A stretch of 64,000 bases of DNA from Mobula hypostoma (Eukaryota). Under the pieces are notes generated by a model. That model worked only from the letters and a program-made list of their open reading frames with translations. It did no database searches and was not told where the DNA came from. Positions 10,845 to 23,700 of this stretch are shown here, in pieces; the stretch's first letter is position 1; each line of letters begins with the position of its first letter. A program made the translations under genes and the position numbers. The DNA lies in NCBI RefSeq assembly GCF_963921235.1, contig NC_086097.1, forward strand, positions 159,280,001 to 159,344,000. Direction: 5' to 3'.

Positions 10845-12078
10845 AGAAAATAAGACCATAAGAGATAGAAGCAGAATTAGGCCAATCAACCCATCAAAAC
10901 TATTCTGCCATCCCAACATGGCTTATCCTGGATCCCACTCAACTGCATACACCTGCCTTCTCACTTTATGTCCTTAATGTCCTGACCAATCACGATACTA
11001 TCAATTTTCGCTTTAAATATACCCACGGACTTGGCCTCTACCGCAGTCTATGGCACAGCATTCCACAGATTCGCTACTCCCTGGCTAAAAGAATTCCTCT
11101 TTACCTCTGTTCTAAAAGGTTACCCCTCAATTCTGAGGCTGTGCCTTCTAGTTCCGGATACCCCCATCATAGGAAACACCATCTCCACATCCACTCTATT
11201 TAGTCCTTTTAACATTCGGTAGGTTCAATGAGATCCCCGCGTTGTTCTAAATTCCAGTAAGTACAAACCTAAAGTTGCCAAATGCTCCTCATATGTTAAA
11301 CCCTTCTTTCGCAGAATCATCCTTGTGAACTTCCTCTGGACTCTCTCCAATGACAACACATCCTTTCTGAGATATGGGGCCCAAAACTGTTAACAATACT
11401 CCAAGTGTGGCCTGACTAGTGTCTCATAAAGTCTCAGCAATAGCTCCTTGCTTTTATATTCTATTCCCCGTGAAATAAATGCCAACATTGCATTTGCCTT
11501 CTTTACCACAGACTCAACCTGTAAATTAACCTTCTGTGAGCCTTGCACAAGAACTCCTAACTCCCTCTGTACCTCTGATGTTTGAATTTTCTCCCCATTT
11601 AGATAATAGGCTGCATTATTGTTTATTTTACCAAAATGCATTATCATACATTTCAAGCAGTGTATTCCATCTGCCACCTTTTTGCCCATTCTTCCAACTT
11701 GTCTAAGTCCTAATGCAATTGCATTGCTTCCTCAGCACTTCGTGTCCCTCTAACTATCTTTGTATCATCTGCAAACTTGGCCACAAAGCCATCAATTCCA
11801 TTATCTAAATTATTGACAAACAATGTGAAAAGTAGCGATCCCAATACTGACTCCTGAAGAACACCACTATTCACTAGCAGTCAACTAGAAAAGGCCCCTT
11901 TTATTCCCACCCACTGCCTCCTGCCTGTCAGCCATTCCACTATCCATGCCAGTATCTTTCCTGTAACGCCATAGGATTTTAACTTGCTAAGCAGTCGCAT
12001 GTGTGGCACCTTATTAAATTCCTTCTGAAAATCCAAGTAAGTGACATCCACTGCTTTTCCTTTGTCCACCCTGCTTGC
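10845..12078 (-). mobile_element. CR1 LINE RT + 3' UTR, 5'-truncated
   Basis: ORFs 11881..12105(-) VDVTYLDFQKEFNKVPHMRLL and 11390..11689(-) MHFG...VKKANAMLAFISRGIEYKS...VRPHLEYC. Confidence 0.92.
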
Positions 12079-15016
12079 AACAGTTTTCATGGTTTCAAAA
12101 CCCACAACATAAAGCGCTACTTCAATACAAAATTGTTTGAACTTCAGAGGTTGTTTACTAACCCTTTGAGCTCTCTCTTTGCTTTCAATGTTTGGTAAGG
12201 GATTTTGCTCACTGTGAACCTAAGCTTGTCCATAACTGTCCGTAATATTGTTCTCCTGTCCTGGTACCTCATTGTCAAAAGTCTCTCTTGTGTTGAACTT
12301 GTTTTACATATGTGGTATAAACACTTGTGCTCCTCTGTGATTCTCTGTATACAGCTTGTAATTTCCTTTTTATTCTGTGTCCCAATCTCGTACTTCCATT
12401 TCCACTGTGTGTACTTCCTTGATGTCTGGTAACTTTCCCCTCGTTCTGTGGTTGTAGAGAAGTTTGGCAGAATTTTTCCCTGTAATGGCATGTTCCACGC
12501 ATCTATACACAGACACGTACTTTCTCAGTTCATGTTTCCAGTCAAGTCCTTCTGCTTGAGCAGTCTAATCCTTTTTATCAGTGATGCAATTTGGCGCTTC
12601 ACTTCACCATTTGCCTGAGCCCTTTATGGAGCTGTTTTCAGGTGTTTGATTCCATTACTCTGACAATATTCCTTGAACTTACAGATCTGTATTGAGGTCC
12701 ATTATCTGTTTTGATAGATACCTGCAGACTACGTCTACTGAAAATGTTCTCCAGACGGTCAATAACTCTCTCAGCAGTTGTTGAGGTCAAAATGTCATAT
12801 CCATAAAAATGGCTGTAGTAATCAACTCCTCCTAGGGTGGAATGGTTTGTTGGTAATGGCCCAAAGCAAATCAACAGCTACCTCCTGCCAACGGCCATCC
12901 AGTAATGGTGTCTGTTCTAGTGATTCTGGAGAGTTAGGTCCAGATACAATTAGACAGCCGTGACAAGTTTTGCAGTATTCCTCAGCTGCTTTATCCACAC
13001 CAGGCCACTAAACCTTGATTCTGAGACGCTGCCTTGTACCAACTATTCCCAAGCATCCTTCATGAGCTAGGGAGAGTGCCCGAGTGTGTAAGGTTTTCGG
13101 TAACACAATCCGTGTTCTCTGAGGGTAAGATGAACCCCTACGCACAGCTCATCGGCAATGGGTGTATATGCCTCACAGTTCTCAAAGTGTCTATTCCTGA
13201 TGGCTTTGCACACCTCCTGCAGCTCTGGATCTGTGACTGGTACTCTCCCCACCTCTCGTGTTGTCAGGGCTTTAGGCATAGTACTTACAGCTATGAACCT
13301 GACGTATTCCTCTGAATCATGCTTGTGTCTCTGTTTTTGAGCAGACTTTCCTAGTAGCCTCGAGAGTGGGCCCGTAATTTCCTGTTTTCATGGCATACGT
13401 TTGACTCTGTTGTCATATGGTTGCAATCTCAAGACCCACCACTCTGTGCATGCGTTTAGTTTTGACCTGAGGCTGTAAGTCATCTCCAAAGGTTTGTGAT
13501 CTGTGATCAGGTCAAATTTTCTCCTATGCAATAAGGATGAAGTCTTCTGCAGGCCCATACTAGTGCTAATGCTTCTCGTTCTCATTGTGACTATTTTCTT
13601 TCGCAGTCTGTGAGACTATGGCTCACATAGCAGACAGGTACCATTTCTTCATTTTGTTTTTGTTTAAGTACTGCCCCTAGTCTGGCTGGGCTGGCATCTG
13701 CTATTACTTTAGTTGGCACATCTTTATCAAAATAGGTCAATGTTCCTTCTCTTGATAGCTCATCTTTTAGGGCTTTGAATACTTGTTTCCGTTCTTCTCC
13801 AAACTTGAACTGGGCATCCTTCCTGGTCAATCATCTCATTGGTTCTGACAAAGTGGCAAACTGTGGTATGAATCTGCTGCTGTAGCCAACAAGACCAACA
13901 AAACTCCTCACTTCTGTAGTGTTTTGTGGTTCAGGAGCCTCCATTACTGCTCGCACTATCTCCTCAGTTGCCTTTCTGTGACAAGATAATTCCCGTGAAA
14001 ACTAATCTGCCCATGTTGAACTGACATTTCTCTAGGTTTAGTGTCAGTCCACACTATGCAAGTCTCTTTAAGGCAGCATGCAGTCTCACACTATGCAGTT
14101 TTTGGTTCATCAGGATATTCTTAACTCCTTCAATTCCAGCTAAAGCATTTGCTATCTTGTGCTGGGTCTGCTCACTGGCTGATGACGCACTAAATATCAG
14201 TCTCTTGTACCTATACACCCTATGATGCACACCAAATGCGGGTATCTCTCTAGATGCTGGAGTTAGTTCTAGCTGGTGGTAGCCCCATTTCCAGTCTGGT
14301 TAGCTGAACACTGCAGCTCCATTCATACCCTGTAGTATCTCATCTATAGTTGGAATGGGATATCTCTCCCTCACAATTGTTTCATTTGCCCTTCTCTTGT
14401 GTTGGCACATTCTGATGTCCTTGGTGGGCTTTGACAAAATTATTACTGGGTTAACCCAAGTAGTTGGATATTCAGCTTTCTCAATAATGTCCATTTCCAT
14501 TAGCTGTTCAATTTTTTTTTCTCAACAGCCTTCCTTAAGTTGTAAGGTATGTGTCTGAGTGGCTGGGCCACAGGCTTTACCTTTGGATCAATGTACAGAC
14601 CGATCTGCTTACTGTTCAGTTTTCCTTCCCCTTCATACATTTTTGGGTACTGCAGCTTAAGTGACACTTTAACATCTGTCACTCCTGACACATTTTCTCC
14701 AATCTTTAACGCTCCGAATTTTGTAGCCGTTTCTCTACCTCGGTGTGGTTCACCATTGCCTTTTATCACAATGAACTCTGCCTGGTCTGTCCTGTTTCCA
14801 ATAATTGTTTCACATTCAAACACCCCCTCAACCTCCAGTGATGTGCTAGGTGAATATGGGTTCAGCTTTCACTTCTGCTTCGAGATATATGAATGGCACT
14901 GACTTAAGCTTTTCCCATATATTTTCACCCTGTATATTACTTCTGGCTCCTGAATCTACTAACATGCATAGATTTACACCCCCTACATGACACTGGGAAA
15001 GGTTTCACTGCTAACG

Positions 15017-15614
15017 TAATGGTCTTTCTGTGGAAGCAGTGTTTTGGTCATGGTTAGAGATAACAGGTGCTTTGGAATGTGAGCCATCCAATCAGGGGAG
15101 CAGGTGTTTCTTTTCTGTGTGCCGGACATCAGTGTGACTTGGGGTCTTTGTTTGGCGGCAGGTGAAGAGAGAAGACGCTGGAGAGAACCGGTCGTAGATT
15201 CGACCCAGTGGGGGACCTGAGAGGGAAGTCTCTTTCAGGTGGAGGATGCCAATGCCGCACCTCTTTCCATTGACGATAATGTCTAGTGTCCCTGTGAGAC
15301 AAGCGAGGGAGAAACTCTCTCCAAAAAAGAGAAAGTTGACTGCCAAGTCATTCAACTTTGGGGATTCCCTGGTACCTGGAGGTTGGAAGAGGAGATTGAT
15401 AGGAAAGGTGTTCAAGCTGAAAGATGACTTCTCCGCTGATGAGTTTGATGTGGGTTGTTCCAAGAACACTCGCCACAACGGTCAGGTGATAGAGGATACA
15501 CTGTTCAGTGAAAGGTTGCGGCGAGTAGTGCCTGCAGAGGTGGAGGACGGTCGGTAGCATCTGTGGAAGCTGAAGGAAGCTGAGATCATCACTGAGTTCA
15601 GAAGCCCCTATGCA
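15017..15614 (+). mobile_element. Second, unrelated Gypsy fragment (LTR-like start fused to pol piece), antisense inside the first
   Basis: ORF 15246..15557 FNFGDSLVPGGWK...FSADEFDVGCSK...FSERLRRVVPAEVED continues as HLWKLKEAEIITEFRSPYA, a Gypsy PR-RT linker and RT start; 15017-15230 is GC-rich and LTR-like. Confidence 0.75.
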
Positions 15615-16408
15615 ACTCCAATACATTTTCAGCATGTCTCTCCATGAGCTGGTCACTTTGGGCCTCTACCCAGGTGATCTGTGTTTCCATATCTGTAGCA
15701 TTTCCTTTCATTTGTATTAGCAGACTTTCCTTTCCTGTCTGTCTTTTTGCCATGTGTTGTGTCCTCATGGTGTGAAACACAGCACACAGTCTTTGGCTGA
15801 CTCCCTTGGAGTGACATGGCTGGCAATTGTTCCTCTAGTTTTTCACATTGTGCCACTCTTTCTAGTGTGCGGTCAAGTGTTAGTCCCTGCATATTCTCCA
15901 GTAGTTTTCTCCACACATAGACAAAGTTACATCTTCCCACTGTGGCATCCCTGATTTGGTTGTCTGTGTCAAATAGGAAACTGCATTCTTTTGCTGTCTG
16001 CTGAAGGCGAGTAGAGAACTGTTGAACCATCTCACTTTGTTTTTGGGCAAGCTGATGAAAGTGCCGCTGGGCAAACGTGGTGTTGACTTGGGGAATGAAG
16101 TAAGCATTCAGCACATCCAGTGCTGCCGTATCGTCTGTGACTTGTCTCGTATTTGATAGTGCTGAAAACATATCATGTACATCTGGTCCTGCAAGGTGCA
16201 AAAGTACTAGTTCTCCTTTGTTTTGTATTATCTGTTGTATTATTGTCCACCATTAGTCCTTTACTGTCAGCATAAGGTTCAAATGAGTAGAACCAACATG
16301 TCCAGCTCGGACCTAGTGTAGATGGCTCTATAAAACACTGGAAGTGTTGTACCCCATATTTCTTCACCCTCATTAACTAATGTTAAACTGACTTTCAAAA
16401 TCTGTAAC

Positions 16409-16418
16409 CTCGTCGCCA
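16409..16418 (-). promoter_or_regulatory. Primer-binding site of the Gypsy element
   Basis: TGGCGACGAG on the minus strand, 1 nt after the LTR end ...CACAACA. Confidence 0.85.
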
Positions 16419-16419
16419 C

Positions 16420-16599
16420 TGTTGTGTATTTGCAACCAATCTCGGTACTTAACCAGATAGTACATATATCATGACTTGACGCTCCATGCTCTGAACATGT
16501 CTTTATTTCTCCTTCTCCCTTCCACGCTCCCTCACATCACATGTTGTTCTGTCCCAGACTGATGACATCATCGCTGTACCTGACAAGTGTCAAACTACA
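16420..16599 (-). repeat. 5' LTR (180 bp)
   Basis: TGTAG...CAACA termini, internal AATAAA on the minus strand, adjacent PBS. Confidence 0.8.
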
Positions 16600-16619
16600 T
16601 TAACTGACCTTACCATTTC

Positions 16620-17215
16620 ACCTACCCCAGACATCCTCCCCCACTCCTATTGGGCAGGAGGTACAAATGCATGAAAGCACGTATCATCAGGCTAAATGAC
16701 AACTTCTATCTCATTGTTTTAAGAAATTTGAATGATCTTCCTATACGATAAGATGGATTCTTGACTTCATCATGGTTGTGCACCTATCGTCTGCCCACAA
16801 TACGCTTACTCTGTAACTGTAACACTATAATTCTGCTTTAACCTTGGACCAGCTGAGTGTACTGATATGGTGAAATATATATAGATGACATGCAAAACAT
16901 AGTTTTTCACTCTACCTTGGTACATCAAGAAGCAGAAGGAGGGCAAACGTATAGAGACTCAGCAGCTTTAAATCCTTCGGTGTTAGTATATCGGATGACC
17001 TGTCCTAGGCCCTGCAAATAGATATAATCACGAGGAAAGCATGTTGCATCTTAATTTCTTAGGCGTTTAATGAGGTCTAGTTTGTCACCAAACATACTGA
17101 CAAACTTCTACAGATTTACTGTTGAAAGTATCGTAACAGGTTGTAGTTCCAATTCTACTTTTTCTTGTAAAAATGGTGTTTAACAATAAACTTTGATGTG
17201 ACAATAATAAGCCAA
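16620..17215 (+). mobile_element. Rex1-type LINE 3' fragments (two, nested)
   Basis: GGGCAGGAGGTACAAATGCATGAAAGCACG...TTTTCACTCTACCTTGGTACAT, resuming as GTGACAATAATAAGCCAATT at about 17198; intervening 16927-17150 is an RT C-terminal piece (AGCTTTAAATCCTTCGGTGTT, AACTTCTACAGAT). Confidence 0.65.
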
Positions 17216-17449
17216 TTATAATTACATTAAAAAGTAATATTAATCATTCAGTTCAAAATGCAGATACTAATAGCCATCACATTTCTGGATACATAATAGT
17301 GACATGACTGGAGTAAATAGCATGGAAGAATAAAACTATGCATGCAGTGAAGGGAATTCGAGCAGTTACTGTCATTGTTATTCCTTATTAAATGCTATTT
17401 TTATGGCAATGGTATGGGTCTTGGGGTCTTCAGACTAATAGTAACAATT

Positions 17450-17808
17450 GAAAGGCCTGGATGGAATAGATGTGGAGAGGATGTCTTTCAGTAATAGAAG
17501 ACTCTAGAGCCAGAGGACACTGTCTCAGAATTAAAGGATGTCCCTTTAGAGTAGAGATGAGGAAGACTTTAATTTAATAGAAGGTGGTGAATCTGTAGAG
17601 TTAATTGCTGCAGATGGCTGTGCAGGCCAAGTTATTGGGTATACTTTAAGAGAAGATTGATAGGTACTTAATCACGAAGGACATAAACGGTTATGGGGAG
17701 AAGACAGGAGAATGGGATTGAAAGGGTCAGTAAATCAGCCATCATTGAATGGTGGAGCAGAATCCATGATCAAAAGGGTCCAATTCTGTTCCCATGACTT
17801 AAGATCTT
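17450..17808 (+). mobile_element. CR1 3' end fragment
   Basis: GGCCTGGATGGAATAGATGTGGAGAGGATG...GTGGTGAATCTGT...TAAATCAGCCAT; homologous to 26730-27085. Confidence 0.85.
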
Positions 17809-19107
17809 TGGATGTTTTGCACGTATCTCCCACAGTATGCCATTTCTATGTAATTCTGTTGTAGGCAAACCTTCACTTTAAAGCAACGGCAGCAGTCTCT
17901 GGTTTACGTAAGGTTTCCCTTCCTGAGAACTGTCTGTGTGGAATTTTTTCCCATGAGTCAGTACGACCAGTTCCTATAGTAATTCGCATCCTATGGGTTG
18001 CTATACGCTTGCTATTATCCTTTCATTTCATTGAGTAATCATTCTAACATTACTCATAATTAAACTGATGGGATACATACTGTATCTAGTCATTAATAAA
18101 TACTCTGAAGTATTTTATTACAGTATTAGTATCTTGAAAATGCTTTAAAATATATGGGAGAATTTATGTAAAGTCTTATTTCCATAAGTCAGATCATTTG
18201 TAACCCATGGAGACCATGTTCTGTCAACAGCTTGGAAAATACTGATGGTATATAATTTCAAATATTTTTCTAGGGGTCCAGGAAGAACATGAAATATCAT
18301 CCTTCTTGATGTTAATCACCAGACAGCAATTTCCACTCTACACCTTTGTAGAGAAATTCACCAAATTTGTCATCGCATGATAGGTAACTTGCTTGTCAGA
18401 ATACATATAGCATAGGCAGTGCACTAATTATATTATAATGAGGCCCAAATGAGTAGTATTAGGATGATTAGGGGCTTAATTTAATTAATTATTTAAAAAA
18501 AAAACTATTTCTACCTTCTGTTTTAGCCTTGGTTTGTATCTTCTGATAATACTTTCATTTCTGTTGTCAGAGTGATATTTACCCTTAAATCAGATAAAGC
18601 TCTGTAAAGCCTAGGAATTTCAGAAGAGCCTTTGCTTTGTGGTGTAGAATCTTTAGTGTCAAATGTTTAAGGTACAACCACTGAAGATATTAGGGCTCTT
18701 TCTCTCCTAGCACTTATTTTACTGGATGATGTCTCTTTATGGATCTCAATAATAGTAAGAAGCATTATCTGTTTAACAATAACGTGCATTTTATATTGTA
18801 CTGTTAATATAATCCGAATTACTTCATTGGTGCATTATCAAATAAACATTGATATTAAATGAAATAAGAAGACAAGGAAGATAACAGTCTAGAGATGGAT
18901 AACAGAGCAATTCCTGAGCTTAATGCTTAGCAGATGAATGCACAGACACCAATAGCGGGCTGAAGACAACTGAGAAATATAAAGAGGCCAGAACTGGAGG
19001 TGCTCAGATATCTAAGAGGTTTGTAATGCTGAAAGGTGAACATAGGGACATGTGAAAGATTTGACAAGTTTTTAACATGATTAACTTCATTATTAATAAG
19101 AAACATT

Positions 19108-19170
19108 TGAGGGTCGGCACAACATTGTGGGCCGAAGGGCCTGTACTGTGCTGTACTATTCTACGTCTAT
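19108..19170 (+). mobile_element. CR1 terminal 3' UTR stub
   Basis: GGTCGGCACAACATTGTGGGCCGAAGGGCCTGTACTGTGCTGTA matches 38316-38360. Confidence 0.8.
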
Positions 19171-19364
19171 GTCTAAACCAAGGTATGTCATACACAGATA
19201 TTATAATACTGTGCTTTGCTAATTCTAATTTGGAGATTTCAACGGGACTTGGAGATTTTAGCTGACTTCCTTTTATGATTTTATGTTCTGGGTTCTATTC
19301 TCACTTGAAGAATTTTCCTTTATTCATTCATTATGTCCTATTTTAATTCATCCCAATAACATAA

Positions 19365-20700
19365 CAGATGGTTATCTTTCCAGCGGACAGTCCACCTTTC
19401 GGGATGTGGGAAACCAGGGAGACCTCCAGTGTCCCTGTTGACTACAACTGCATGAAATGCATCCAGCTTCACCTTGACTAAAGGGGTGATGTAGGACATA
19501 TAGAGAGGTAGCTACATCCAAGGTGCAGGACACAGGAAACTGGGTGACAGTCAGGAAGGGGAAGGGGGTTAAGGAGCCAGTGCAGGATACCCCTGCGGCC
19601 ATCCCCCCAACAACAGGTATTTCACGTTGGATACTGTTGGGAGGGTGGCCTAACAGAGTAATCGGGTCTCTGGCACTGAGTCTGCACCGGTGACTCAGAA
19701 GGGATGGGATTACAAGAGGGATGCCGTGGCGATAGATAATTCATTGGTTAGGGGAACAGACAGGAGGTTCTGTGAGCGAGAACAACATTCCTGGATAGTA
19801 AATTACCTCCCGGGTGCCAGGGTATAGGATATCTCAGACCAAGTCCTCAGCAGTCTTAGGTGGAAGGGTGAACAGCCAGAAGCCATGGGTCTATGTAGGT
19901 ACCAATGACATAGATAGGATGAGTGACAATGTTCTGCAAAGGGAGATCAGGGAGTTAGGTGCTAAGTTAAAGGGCAGAACCTCCAGGGTTGTGATCTCAG
20001 GATTACTAACCATACCGTGTGCTAGTGAGGAAGATTATACAGTTTAATATGTGGTTATGTAGTTGGTGTAGGAGGGAGATCATAAGGTTTTTGGATCATT
20101 AGGTTCTCTTCCAGGGAAGGTGCAACCTGTACAGAAGGAATGGTTTGCTCTTGAACTAAAGGAGATCTAAGATCCCAGCAGGAAGGTTCGTTAATGCTGC
20201 ACAGTAGGGTTTAAACTAGGATTGCAGGGAGATGAGAATCAGACTGTCAGAACAGTTAGTGGAAAGGATTAGGACGCAGATATTGGTAACACTTCAGACA
20301 AAGTTAGGAATCAATAGATTGGGCATGATGCAACTGGTGTCCTGAGCCTATGTTTCAATGCAAGGTGTATCATAAGAAAGGCAGATATAAAAGAACCCTT
20401 CGGGGAGTGATCATAATATGATTGAATTCACCCTTAAGTTTGAGAAGGAGTAGCAAAAGTCAGAAGTATCAGTAATATAGTGGAGTAAAGGGAATTACAG
20501 AAGCACGAGAAAGGAGCTGGCCAGAATTGATTGGAAAAGAATACTGGCAGGGACAATGGCAGAACAGCAATGGCTGGAATTTTTAGAAGCAATTCGGAAG
20601 GCATAGGATGTATACATCCCAAATCGTAGGAAGTATTTTAAAGGAAAAAAATCACATAACTGTGGCTAAGAAGAAAAGTCAAAGGCAACAATAAAGCCAG
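19365..20700 (+). mobile_element. CR1 5' part: ORF1 (Cys-rich N-terminus + SGNH esterase-like domain) and deleted ORF2 endonuclease
   Basis: GMWETRETSSVPVDYNCMKCIQL; decayed (G)DSLVRG block at about 19735; VYVGTNDI and VVISGLL (19814..20047); ORF2 FNAR start at about 20353 joined directly to the SDHNMIEF motif. Confidence 0.82.
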
Positions 20701-23700
20701 ACTGAAATGCAGGGGAATGAAACTCCCTCTACCCAGCATTTTGTTAGCGCATGTACATTTGCAGGAGAACAAGTCTGACGACCTAAGGGCAGTATTTCTG
20801 TACTGGAGGGAAATGAGGAATTGCTGCCTTCTGTGTTTCATAGAGACATGGTTCACTGTGGACACACTGGATATGCTGGTAGGACCTGAGGGGCTCTCAA
20901 TATATTGGATGGACTGGACAGATGATTTGGAGAAGGTAAACGGTAAAGGTTTCTGTGCTGCTTGGATGCAGCGGTCTTATCAGACTCTTGTTCTTCCAAT
21001 TTAGAATATCTAATGATTAAGTGCCAACTGTGGTTCTTACCAAGAGAGTTCTGCTCTGTGATCCTGACTGCAGTATACATATTGTCAAATGCCAACATTA
21101 ATCATGCACGTGCAGTATTAAGAGCTGCCATCAGCAAAAAAGAAAAAGTCTATCCTAATACCTTTCATATCATTGTCAGCGACTTCAGTCAGGCTTGTTT
21201 GAAGAAACCTCTGCTCAATTGTCATCAATGTATAATCTGCAGTACCAGGAGTCACAATACACTTGAACAGTGTTATACTACAGATAGGAATGCCTACAGC
21301 TCCATGCCTAGTTTGCTTTTGGGGAAATTTGATCACTTGGCTGCCTTCCTATGACCCGCATAAAGGCAGAGGCTAAAGCACAATGATCCAGAGATAAGGA
21401 CAACAAAGAGGTGGTCACGGGAGACAGACGAGTAGCTATGAGATTATTTTATGCTTGTGGACTGGACTATCTTCAAGGATTCATCAGAGCTCCAAATGAT
21501 CTTGTGATTTCACTCTCTGAGGCTGACAAGAGAACATCCTTCAGTGGGGTGAACCCAAGGAAAATATCTGTCTCAGACAGTGTACCTGGCCATGTACTGA
21601 AGACTTGTGCTGATCAACTGGCTGGAGCTAGAGTGTTCACTAATATCTCCAACCTCTGGCTTCTATGTTCTGAGATACCCACCTGCTTCAAACAGGCTTC
21701 AATTATACTAGTGCATAGGGGAGGAGAAGATGGCGGTGCGACGCAGCGCGCGCAACCGCTGCGAAATGATATTGTATTTGTTAAGTAGGTACCATGCACA
21801 ATCCTGATTTGATGGAGACAGACGTGAGAAGCATGGAGGAACATCTGGAGAAACTTCTGAAATGGCCGCTTTGCTGCCGTTGCTACTGTGCGATCGAGAA
21901 TCTCCAGAGGGGAAGGTCCCAGATCCTCGGCTTTGCCTATTGCCTGTTGCTGGGGCCGGAGACAAAGTGCTCGGCAGAGATGGTACTCGGTGCTCGGTGT
22001 TGGAGGTCTGGTCGGAGGCTCAAAGTTTTCGGACGGACTCAAGTGTCTGCTGTGGTCGGGTGCTTCCAGGGGGCTGCATCGGCAAGTTTGCGGCGCTGGA
22101 GGTTCATGGCGGGAAGAGAGTTTATCTTCTTTCTACTGTCTGCCTGAGATGATGTGACTTCTGGGAGAATTTGAGACTTTTCTTTACCGGGCCCATGGTC
22201 TGTTCTTTATCAAATTACGGTATTGCTTTGCACTGTTGTAACTATATGTTATAATTATGTGGTTTTTGTCAGTTTTTTTTAGTTTTGGTTTGTCTTGTGT
22301 TTCTGTAATATCATTCTGGAGGAACATTGTATCATTTCTTAATGCATGCTTTACTAAATGACAATAAAAGAGGACTGCGTGTCCTCATAATCTAATCTAA
22401 ATAAGGAGAATGTGGTAACCCACCTCAATGACTTACATCCACAATGATGAAATACGATGAGAGATTAGTAATGAAACATATCAACTCCTGCCTGAGAAGC
22501 AAATTGGATCCATTCTGATTTGCCTATTGTCACAACAGGTCCACAGCTGATGCTATTTCATTGGCTCTTCACTCAACCATGGAACATCAAAACATCAAAA
22601 CAGCAAAGATGCATTCAGCAGGTTGCACTATATCCACTACAGATTAGCATTCAATACTACCACCCCCTCAGAACTAATCACTAGGTTTCCAGCCCTTCAC
22701 CTCAATACCTCATGCAATTGGATTCTGGATTTCCTCACTTGCAGATGCCAGTCAATTCAGATTGGCAACAATCTCCTCCACAATCTCCATCAGCACAGGT
22801 GCACCAAGGCTGTGTGCTTAACTCCCTGTTCTACTTGCTTTATACTTATGACTGTGAGGTTAAGCACAGCTCCAATGCCATATTTACGTTTGCTGGTGAC
22901 ACCAGTGTCATTGGCCGAATCATGGTGATGACAAATCAGAAAATAGGAGGGAGATTGAAAATCTGGCTGAGAGGTACCATAACAGCAAACCCTCATTCAA
23001 TGTCACCAAGACCAAAGAGCTGAATTTTGACATGAGGAGAGAAAACCTGAGGTCCATGAGTGAATATTCACTGGGGTATCAGAGTTGGAGAGGGTCAGCA
23101 ACTTTAAGTTCCTCTGTTATCATCTCAGAGGATCTGTCCTTGGCCTTTACTTGCTTTGAATTTTCCAAAGCATGTTATCTAAAATTTGGAAAAACTTCTG
23201 TAGATGTATGGTAAAGAACATTGACTGGTTGTGTCAGGCTGGTATAGAAATACAAATGCCTTTGAATGAAAAATCCTACAAAAAATAGTGAATATGGCCT
23301 AGTCAATCACAGGCAAAGCCTTCCACACTATTGAGCCCATCTACACAGACTGTGGTTGCAGGAAAGCAGCATCCATTATCAGGGATGCCCACCATCCTGG
23401 CCATACTCTCTTCTCACTGCTGTCATCAGGAAGAAGGAAGAGGAACCTCAGGACCTGCTCCACAAGGTTCAGGAGCAGTTATTACCCCTCAGCCATCGGG
23501 CTCTTGAACCAAAGGGGATAACTACACTCAACTTCACTTGCCCCATCATGGAACAGCTCCTACAACGTATGGTGTCACCTTTAAGGACTCTTCATCTCCT
23601 GTTCTCAATATTTTTTGCTTTATTTATTATTATTATTTCATTTTTTAATTTTTGTATTTGCAGTCTGCTATCTCTTGCACATTTGCTTTTTTCAGTCCTA

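Larger units (their letters stand above)
12080..16599 (-). mobile_element. Gypsy (Ty3/Gypsy, Mag-like) LTR retrotransposon, decayed, 3' LTR missing
   Basis: 5' LTR 16599-16420; PBS; gag (LHLAGPDVHD...FSTRL...QIRD...CYRYG); protease LVDSGARSNI at about 14965-14935; RT (WVNPVIIL...RERYPIPTIDEIL); RNase H (DASPARLGAVL, TDHKPL); integrase (IKTDNGPQY). Domain order PR-RT-RH-IN. Confidence 0.93.

Noticed and set aside
15246..15557. Novel accessory or env-like ORF in the Gypsy element
   Set aside because: The peptide reads as a pol linker/RT start from another Gypsy element.
21614..22157. Overlapping 85-142 aa ORFs as a protein gene or CpG-island promoter
   Set aside because: They lie within a GC-rich insertion with a retroelement tail; no recognisable protein, and open frames are expected from composition.
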